Shown here piece after piece: positions 40,927-48,241 of a stretch of 64,000 nt of DNA. Made by a program: the position numbers and the translations under genes. Under the pieces are notes generated by a model. It did no database searches and was not told the DNA's origin. It saw only the letters and a list, made by a program, of their open reading frames with translations. Source of the DNA: Chitinophagales bacterium (GTDB lineage: Bacteria > Bacteroidota > Bacteroidia > Chitinophagales > UBA10324); NCBI GenBank assembly GCA_035638255.1, contig DASRAJ010000157.1, positions 94,827-158,826 on the forward strand, given 5' to 3'. Within the stretch, counting starts at the first letter, position 1, and the number at the start of each line of letters is the position of its first letter.

Positions 40927-41576
40927 TAGTTCTTGTTGCCTTTTCTTGCGGCTTTAGCTACTTTGCTTCCTACGGCAGGGCGTTCAGTTGATTTTATGAA
41001 AGCAGGGTTTTGACCAATAGTTTTTTCAAGCCCTTCTAAACGCTGTTCAACAGAGGCAAGCCATGCGGGATCACCAATATTTTGGAATGGGTCTCCTACT
41101 TCAGCATCTTTTAGCTTAGGAATTTCTATCTCCCGCTTTTGATGTACCTCATAAATAAATTCCTTATACTCTTTGAATTCTTTGAAATCTTTAATGAACT
41201 CCTTATGGGTCTCTTTGATATCTTTATTCTCTTTAATAAACTTGTGAAAAGGTTGGAAGCAAGTGAGAACAAGATCATTAAAATCCCCATCGCCGGCATC
41301 TTCTGATAAAATGTCGAAGGACACACCTGTTCCTAAAACAGTAGGGGAAGTAAGCTGCATAGCGGAATCCCGAAAAACGCCACTGCCAGGATTATTTTGG
41401 ATTTGAATCGTCCAGGGAAATCCGGCTCCGGCAAGTACAGTTACCGGCGGTGAGCCAACAGTGCCCGGATGAGGGCCGTTGTTTGTTCCGCCGCCGCTTA
41501 CTACAAACTGCTGAGCAAAAGCAGCAGACTTGGATTTTACAGTAATGGTCCAAGTTCCATGCATTGTAAGTGACAT
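40926..41576 (-). CDS. 216-aa protein: LecB/DUF4114-like calcium-lectin motif domain plus KEF-repeat charged tail, no signal peptide
   Basis: FDILSEDAGDGDFNDLVLTCFQP aligns with the LecB (PA-IIL) C-terminus FALVGSEDGTDNDYNDAVVVINWP, recalled from memory. It is followed by HKFIKENKDIKETHKEFIKDFKEFKEYKEFIYE. Confidence 0.7.
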   Translation of the reverse strand: MSLTMHGTWTITVKSKSAAFAQQFVVSGGGTNNGPHPGTVGSPPVTVLAGAGFPWTIQIQNNPGSGVFRDSAMQLTSPTVLGTGVSFDILSEDAGDGDFNDLVLTCFQPFHKFIKENKDIKETHKEFIKDFKEFKEYKEFIYEVHQKREIEIPKLKDAEVGDPFQNIGDPAWLASVEQRLEGLEKTIGQNPAFIKSTERPAVGSKVAKAARKGNKN

Positions 41577-41925
41577 AAGTTAAAGTTTTTACTTTTTCGC
41601 CTACTCGTTCCCTTTTCGGCTGCCGGGTGCTTACTCTTTTTATCCCGTTCTTTCAGTGCTTACGGGCACAGGAAAGAGGGGCAAGGATTTTTAGCAAACT
41701 CCTATATAATTAATTTTTAAACCTTCCGGTCTGTTAAGTCTGTGTAAAAGTTGATGAAAGCTGTTGCACATCTGAAAAGAAATTCTTTTAATCTTGTCGC
41801 AGCAAAGGTGCAGTGCAGCGATACCGCCGTACAACGGGAAAAATACCGGAAGCCGGGGGTGATTTAACGGGGGTGAAAGAGCGGTTGTATAAGAAAGAAT
41901 GAGTGGGTTCCTTGTATAGGATAAA
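41577..41925 (-). promoter_or_regulatory. shared leader/promoter module, copy 2 (full length)
   Basis: Proximal block 41577-41712 matches copy 1. Distal block 41719-41925 is nearly identical to 46097-46300. It contains the direct repeat GGGGGTGA-N6-GGGGGTGA (41855-41876). Confidence 0.75.
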
Positions 41926-42096
41926 CATTGTTGGCTTTAACTTTCAATCCAGTAAGCCGATATTAGTCTTGCAATCGCATACTTTACCACATCTGACCAA
42001 TTTCAATAACCAGTACCAGAAGTTATAAGTAATTCAATATTCCAGACAACAAGAAAGGATTGATGGTTGTTAACCATTTCAGGTTGCTTCGACTAT

Positions 42097-43287
42097 TCAA
42101 TCAAGCATTAGCGGGGGAAAGGCGGCTTCTGAATATGCCTGTTCTATTTTTCTAACCGTTTTTTCCCAGAGCCACTTTTTCCTTACCTCTTTTGCCCCGG
42201 CTATTCCAAGCCGCTTGCGAAGTGAAGTGTTTCTTGATAACTCGATAATGGATTCTGCCAGCGCATTGGGGTTTTTTGGAGGGACTAATTTTGCAGACAC
42301 ATTATGAGCTAAGATTTCAGATGGACCTCCAATGTTTGTTGCAACTATAGGCAAACCATATAGCATTCCTTCAAGAACAACCATACCAAAGGGTTCATAC
42401 CAGCTTGGAATCACCAGCATGTCTGCTTTTTCATACCATCCGTTTATTTCGCCAGGTGTAAGCCAACCTGTGAAATGCACTTGGTTTTTAAAGGGGGTAA
42501 GTGTATCAACCAAGCATTCTTTTTCGATTTCAACACCTCCGCCATAACCGCCTGCCAAAACAAATTTGGCCTTAGGGAAAGAGGTAAGTACTGTTGGAAT
42601 AGCATCTATCAAATCCCAAATTCCCTTTCGCTCTACAAATCTTCCGGTGTATAAAATAGTCAACTCAGTTTCTTTCCATTCGCGTTTTATAGAAGATAGC
42701 TCTGCCTCTTTATAATCTTCAATTCCGTTTCCTGCTACGCTTACTTTGTTTATTGCCTGAGGATAATATTCGGCCAGTATTTCCTTTTCACTTTCTGAAA
42801 TGGCAATGATTCGATCTGATTCATCGATGGCTTGTTCCTGCACCTGCCAGTGATTAAAAAGTTTCCCCACCTCATACTCAGCCTTGTCAATCGAATGCAC
42901 GGTAAAAACAATTGGGCAGTTACATCTTTCGCGTATTCTCATTGCGACAGGTAGTAACCATGCAGTGTGCAGATGTATAATATCAGGCACCCAATATTCT
43001 GATAACACATCAGCGATCTTCCATGCTTCGTTGGGAGCGACGTGAAAGAATAAAATATTTTCACGAACAATGATTTTTTCAGTGGAGAATTGATCTCTCA
43101 GGTCTTCCATTGAGTTGGTCTCCCAGCTTCCATAAGGCTGTTTATTCAGAACCAAAGCCCCACCGACAAGCAATACTCCAACTGAATAATGTTCTTTAGC
43201 GAGCGCTTTTGTCAATCCGCCTACTGCTGTACCGAGGCCTCCCCAAATTATAGGAGGATATTCCGGCGTTATGTGAAGGATTTTCAT
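42097..43287 (-). CDS. family 4 glycosyltransferase (glycogen-synthase-like GT-B)
   Basis: MKILHITPEYPP..WGGLG N-terminus and EPFGMVVLEGMLYGLPIVATNIGGPSEI (E-x7-E region). Confidence 0.85.
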   Translation of the reverse strand: MKILHITPEYPPIIWGGLGTAVGGLTKALAKEHYSVGVLLVGGALVLNKQPYGSWETNSMEDLRDQFSTEKIIVRENILFFHVAPNEAWKIADVLSEYWVPDIIHLHTAWLLPVAMRIRERCNCPIVFTVHSIDKAEYEVGKLFNHWQVQEQAIDESDRIIAISESEKEILAEYYPQAINKVSVAGNGIEDYKEAELSSIKREWKETELTILYTGRFVERKGIWDLIDAIPTVLTSFPKAKFVLAGGYGGGVEIEKECLVDTLTPFKNQVHFTGWLTPGEINGWYEKADMLVIPSWYEPFGMVVLEGMLYGLPIVATNIGGPSEILAHNVSAKLVPPKNPNALAESIIELSRNTSLRKRLGIAGAKEVRKKWLWEKTVRKIEQAYSEAAFPPLMLD

Positions 43288-43370
43288 GTATGATTCACGA
43301 CTAAAACTTTTTTATATCATAGAACATCTCAGCATTGTATTTTAAGGCATTGTTTAAAGAACAACAGGTT

Positions 43371-45866
43371 CTAAATTGCTTTGAACTGAATCCTTCTGAA
43401 TGATACCCTGCCAGTGTGCGTTTGCAATCCAACAAAATGGGTAACATCACTTCCTCTTAGCGGATCAGGATTAGAATAATCTGTTACTAAGCTCCCGTTG
43501 AGGAAGACATTGTAATTCTGACCGATGCACAGAATTTCCATTTGATTCCACTCTCCAGGATTTTTTAATTGCGGATTATTAGGCGCAGCAAATCCATAGA
43601 TGGCCGCGGTTTTATGAATATCCAAACCAGGGGGATTTCCCTCTCCGATGTTATTAATCTGAACCTCGAAGCCAAAATTGATAGCCACGTAAGCCGTGTT
43701 ATCAAAACCCTTGCTGTCTATATTAGGGAAGCGAACGAATACTCCGGAATTATCATCGTCACGCCATGTGAGAAACTCCAGTTTCAAGCTGTAATTCTGT
43801 GGCATCGCATCGGTATAATAAAGTAATCCTAAATCATTTCCTGGCTGTGATTCTAAAGCGCCACGTACGATATTAAAGCTACCGGGATTATCCCGGCCCG
43901 GTTGATTTTTAATGGTGCTCATCTTCCATTTACTCAAGTCAACTCCGTTAAACATCATTGTATAACCGGCATCGGGTACATCAGGAGGAACAATAAATTG
44001 ATCGGCTAACCTTCTTGCGAGTCCAACCCCAGTCAACATCGGATTAGGTGATCCTACTGTCGGAAACAGAACAGGTCCTGCGGCATAAGCATTGGAAACG
44101 AAATGAAATTTCCCGGTTTCATCCGTAACCGAATTCATGGGGTCACTGCCCATCCATAAAGTGCCGGCTTCATGATGCGTGGTGCCCATGCCATCTCGCC
44201 TTCCGCCATTCCAGCGATAGTCATAAGCATATAGGGCTTTCAAATCAGTAGCGGCGTTAGCAGGAAGCCATGCGTTTGAATTCGACAGCACCTCGAAATC
44301 TTCTCCATCAGCAAAAACTTTTGCAACATCATCTGAAGCTTTATCCATTGCATCCCACAATGCCATATCATTTGCGTTTAGACTATACGTGATGAAAGCG
44401 CGGGTTACTCCAACTTCATCAACCGGTTGCTCTGTAGCGAGGCGTATAAAACTTCCGGGATTTCTTGCTTCGGTTTCACCTATGCCCCTGATAGTAATAA
44501 CAACCGTAGTATCACTTGATTGGTTGAGCGCGTTGACAGAATCGAAGTCAGGAATTTTTTTGAAAAGCTCAGCTTCTGAATCTGTTGTTGGCTTTGAAAC
44601 TCCCGAAGCTGTTATCTGCAAATGGAAGAATCCTTTCTTGCCATTACCGCGATCGTGAGCGCCTTTAACAAACAGTGCAGATGCTTCGAGGGCTTGCAAT
44701 ACTGAACCCAGATTTTTTACTGACGTGCGCGGAATTCGTATAGTGAGATTCGATCGCAAATGCGCCATCAGGTTCTGGCCAATAAGGTTGTAGTTATTAA
44801 TTCCCTGAAAAGAAAGTAATGCCAGGCGGGTATTTTCAATGGTACCAATTGCGAGCACCACTTTGGTGCTTTCAGCAAGTGAGATAAATCCCTGCGTGGT
44901 TTCGATGCCGGTTACATGTGCAGTACCGTTAATTATTTCGGTTTGCAAACGAATTACCCTGCAATGCGGAACCACCATCAATCTCTTCTTAACATCATCA
45001 GGAGTGCCGTTGTGCATTGATTCGTTCGAGGCCTTTCGTGTTGAATCAATCATAAGTGGTACAGCACTGAATTTATTGATTGGAAATAATCCCGAAGCAC
45101 TCTTGGTTTGCACGGCGAGCGGCGCTTCTAATTTGAACTCGTTTACCTTTAATGGAGAAGAACCCGGAGGCGTTCCCGGATTAACAGGTAGCTTATTGAA
45201 AGGTATAGCATCAGAAATGTTTCCGTTCTTTATGCCGTCATGCAATTGCTTTCTGAGAGCATTATGAAGACCTCCATGGATAAAATCGTTACTAACATCG
45301 GTTCCTATTTGTGAGGCAGCTTCGGCGAAATACTTATTGTTAAGCTCATCCTTAACTATAGATGGCCATTTGTCATCAGGCATTTCAGTTAGGCCATTTA
45401 AATTTAAAAGTTGCGGCGACCAACCACCAAAAAATACTGACCTGCCTCCTAAACAATAGGACAGCCCTGGGAAGCCACCTTTAACATCCGAGCGCCATGG
45501 CAATCCCCATATTTCATTTCGTGGCACCATGGGATCAATTTCCGTTGCGCCGGGCGGAACGAGACCCAGTATGGGATAATTCTGAAAATGCTCACTCAGG
45601 ACAAATGGTCCTGCTTCAAGAATGAGAATGCGGTGGCTGTGACTTTTGTCTTTTTCAAAAAGATGTTGGGCAAACACAGGCCCGAAACTGCCACCGCCAA
45701 TCACTATAATGTCAAATGGGAGTGCATCGTTTTGCGGACTTCCGTCTTTGCGGCTTCGTCCCTTATCTGTACTGTTGATTGCTTCATCAAAACCATTGCA
45801 GATATATCTTCCCAATACATCTTTCGAAAAATCGGTTTCCTGAGATTTAATTGCTGTCATAAACAA
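43371..45866 (-). CDS. GMC-family FAD oxidoreductase fused to a C-terminal DUF1080 (3-keto-disaccharide-hydrolase-like) domain
   Basis: IIVIGGGSFGPVFAQ...ILILEAGP Rossmann motif. HHEAGTLWMG.D...SVTDETGKFH.VSNAYAAGPVLFPTVGSPNPMLTGVGLARR is the GMC C-terminal catalytic region. The C-terminal ~200 aa (MMFNGVDLSKWK...FEVQI...GEWNQMEI...FLNG...VGLQTHTGRVSFRRIQFK) are DUF1080-like. Confidence 0.8.
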   Translation of the reverse strand: MFMTAIKSQETDFSKDVLGRYICNGFDEAINSTDKGRSRKDGSPQNDALPFDIIVIGGGSFGPVFAQHLFEKDKSHSHRILILEAGPFVLSEHFQNYPILGLVPPGATEIDPMVPRNEIWGLPWRSDVKGGFPGLSYCLGGRSVFFGGWSPQLLNLNGLTEMPDDKWPSIVKDELNNKYFAEAASQIGTDVSNDFIHGGLHNALRKQLHDGIKNGNISDAIPFNKLPVNPGTPPGSSPLKVNEFKLEAPLAVQTKSASGLFPINKFSAVPLMIDSTRKASNESMHNGTPDDVKKRLMVVPHCRVIRLQTEIINGTAHVTGIETTQGFISLAESTKVVLAIGTIENTRLALLSFQGINNYNLIGQNLMAHLRSNLTIRIPRTSVKNLGSVLQALEASALFVKGAHDRGNGKKGFFHLQITASGVSKPTTDSEAELFKKIPDFDSVNALNQSSDTTVVITIRGIGETEARNPGSFIRLATEQPVDEVGVTRAFITYSLNANDMALWDAMDKASDDVAKVFADGEDFEVLSNSNAWLPANAATDLKALYAYDYRWNGGRRDGMGTTHHEAGTLWMGSDPMNSVTDETGKFHFVSNAYAAGPVLFPTVGSPNPMLTGVGLARRLADQFIVPPDVPDAGYTMMFNGVDLSKWKMSTIKNQPGRDNPGSFNIVRGALESQPGNDLGLLYYTDAMPQNYSLKLEFLTWRDDDNSGVFVRFPNIDSKGFDNTAYVAINFGFEVQINNIGEGNPPGLDIHKTAAIYGFAAPNNPQLKNPGEWNQMEILCIGQNYNVFLNGSLVTDYSNPDPLRGSDVTHFVGLQTHTGRVSFRRIQFKAI

Positions 45867-46096
45867 AAAGGTTTTAAGGTATTTGAATCTGCAGTTTATT
45901 TTTTTTGACTTAGGATTAAGGGGCGTTATAAAGATTTTCTGTAACCTTCGTTTTTATTTTTAAGGTTGATTTTTGTAAAATAGTTGAAGCCTTTTTTTTC
46001 AAATCGATTCAGATAGCATGTGAAGATATTCGTCAAGTACGGAAATCCTGATCTCTCGCCACTTTCAATCCCATTTAATATATTTAGGCTCTGGTT

Positions 46097-46300
46097 AAAA
46101 TCTTTCGGTCTGTTAAGCCTGTGTAAAAGTTGATGAAAGCTATTGCACATCTGAAAAGAAATTCTTTTAATCTTGTCGCAGCAAAGGTGCAAGACAACGC
46201 TACCGCAACACAACGGGAAAAACACCAGGAGCCGGGGGTGATTTAACGGGGGTGAAAGAGCGGTTGTATAAGAAAGGAAGGAATAGGTTCTTTGCAGCGA
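46097..46300 (-). promoter_or_regulatory. shared distal promoter/leader block, copy 3 (between the GMC gene and the divergent lipoprotein gene)
   Basis: Near-identical to 41719-41925 apart from a ~25-nt variable patch. The proximal block is absent here. Confidence 0.7.
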
Positions 46301-46340
46301 ATAAATAATCTATAAAAAAACTTGGTTAAACAATTCTCCT

Positions 46341-47504
46341 ATGCAAAACATTAAAAAGACGCCGATAGAGGCACTATGTAAATACCTGCTTTATGGAATA
46401 GTGATGATCGTGTTGTGGCTACATTTTTCCTGCAAGCAACAACAAACGAGTCCTGCACCTATTGAGAACATTTCAGACGACGCGTACTGTGCGACCAAGG
46501 TTGATAGCCTGATCCAAAGTCCTGAAGACCATACCGTGTTGGATTTCGAAAACCTGAGCCGCCAATGCCAGATGAAATTCCTGAAACAAGGACAGGACTC
46601 CCTTAGTGTAATGGATTCTACATCTCAGCATTTTCTCGCCTTAAGTCAGTTAGTATATGAAGCCGGATATTATCTTCTTGAGAAAGAGTATGAGGCAATT
46701 TGGTTTGAGGCACATAAAGGAAAATCAGTGCTTTATGACAATACAATTCCTGCTCAAAATGTGGTGGCAGGCTTTGATGTAAAAGTGAAAATAAGTGTAT
46801 TGATTCAGTACTATACTAATTCTGGCTTTGGAGACAATGGCGGAATTTTATGTGAGCCGGTTCTTGGTCCGATATTACCAGACGGGACAAGGGCTCTTGC
46901 AATTATGATTGCTACAGCTAATTCAGTGAATGGGAGTGGTAGCGGTTCGCTCACCATCAGCCAATATTGCGTTCTTAATAATCCGGGTCCGTACAGTAAT
47001 ATTTCTGACTTACATTTGTTGACACCACCATCGCCACCTCTGCCAGCAAGCCCCTTTAACACTACTATAGGAAGCCCAATTATTTCTTCTCATGACCCAA
47101 GAACTTACCGCTTTTATAGCTGGGACATGATCTATAATCACTACATTAAAGATAACCACCTTGATCCCCAATCTCCCTTCGCTTCGGATGGCAGACCCAA
47201 TAACCCAAACGGCTACATAGGTTTTGAGCTTGGTTATATTGATGGCGATATGCAGACACAGATTTGGGATCCACTACCTCCTAATGATGGCAGCGGTGCT
47301 ATATTATCTGTTGCGCCATATAATTATAACAAAGATGATGTATCAGGCATTACCACGCTCTTACCGCTTTATGACGATAAGGGTCACCTCGTTTTTAATC
47401 CCGCGGTAATGTTACCAAAAGATGCAGGAGGGAAAGGTGAAGGATACATCATGGAAATAGGAAAGCCCTGTCCGCCATACTGCGGCAGTAGTGGTACTCT
47501 TTAA
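46341..47504 (+). CDS. hypothetical lipoprotein
   Basis: 387 aa. A TM/signal segment ends in HFSCK (lipobox-like). Pro-rich central region, no family recognised. Confidence 0.65.
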   Translation: MQNIKKTPIEALCKYLLYGIVMIVLWLHFSCKQQQTSPAPIENISDDAYCATKVDSLIQSPEDHTVLDFENLSRQCQMKFLKQGQDSLSVMDSTSQHFLALSQLVYEAGYYLLEKEYEAIWFEAHKGKSVLYDNTIPAQNVVAGFDVKVKISVLIQYYTNSGFGDNGGILCEPVLGPILPDGTRALAIMIATANSVNGSGSGSLTISQYCVLNNPGPYSNISDLHLLTPPSPPLPASPFNTTIGSPIISSHDPRTYRFYSWDMIYNHYIKDNHLDPQSPFASDGRPNNPNGYIGFELGYIDGDMQTQIWDPLPPNDGSGAILSVAPYNYNKDDVSGITTLLPLYDDKGHLVFNPAVMLPKDAGGKGEGYIMEIGKPCPPYCGSSGTL

Positions 47505-47521
47505 TACGGTGAATCACTATC

Positions 47522-48241
47522 TTGCGAAGAAATCCCCACCGCCCAGTGAGTGATTTCTTCAAGGATATTTTTACGTGGATTCCTTTCGATGTTGAGCTTG
47601 GAACTGTTCTCATCTTTATCCTTTTTTCCAAAACACTTACAACAGAAGAAGTAATGGCAGCGGTAATAATTTTTGTTTCCTGGTTGATGGATGTTTTCAG
47701 CGATGCTATAACATTCAGTTATCATCCATTCTGGTTACTGCTTCAGGAGCACAGTAATCTCTGGTTCCCGAATTATAGCATGCCCATCATTTTCGCTTTG
47801 TATGCTATTTTGTATTTCTATCTTTTTCGAAAGCTGGAAATAAAATGGATAGTAGTATCCGGTTTCATGTTTTTTCTGTTACTCCATGTTGTCAACTTAT
47901 TATATTACCAGGGTTACCGGGGAACTGCAAGCAATTCATTGCTCGCCGGTCAGCTGCTAATTGGCGCCCTGGCATTTTTATACCTCCGGCATGTTGTGGA
48001 AACATCAGATGAGTCACCTTTTCGGAATTTTATGTTTTGGTTCTCTGCTGCAACATTGCTGAGTAATTTTGTTACGGCGCCTGTGACTTCCCTTTTAAGC
48101 TGGCTCCCATCAAATGACCCTAAAGTTTTTGGTGCGCTTTATAGTATTATTGGATTGTACATCGGTTACTACCTCAGTTACTTAATCATCATCATTGGAT
48201 TATTATGGACCCGAAAGCGTGGGATATTATTTTTTCAGTAG
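47522..48241 (+). CDS. multi-pass membrane protein, probably the detached sensor module of the downstream histidine kinase
   Basis: Six or so TM helices. It ends 37 nt inside the next ORF in another frame, at a T6 run. Confidence 0.55.
   Translation: MRRNPHRPVSDFFKDIFTWIPFDVELGTVLIFILFSKTLTTEEVMAAVIIFVSWLMDVFSDAITFSYHPFWLLLQEHSNLWFPNYSMPIIFALYAILYFYLFRKLEIKWIVVSGFMFFLLLHVVNLLYYQGYRGTASNSLLAGQLLIGALAFLYLRHVVETSDESPFRNFMFWFSAATLLSNFVTAPVTSLLSWLPSNDPKVFGALYSIIGLYIGYYLSYLIIIIGLLWTRKRGILFFQ

Noticed and set aside
41705-41710. TATAAT hexamer in the leader as a sigma-70 -10 box
   Set aside because: There is no suitably spaced -35 element. Bacteroidota primary promoters use TTTG/TAnnTTTG, which I could not find here, so no promoter call is made.
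45926-46225. 99-aa minus-strand ORF between the GMC gene and the lipoprotein gene
   Set aside because: It runs through the repeated distal leader block. The equivalent frames in the other two copies are not open, and its composition is non-coding-like.
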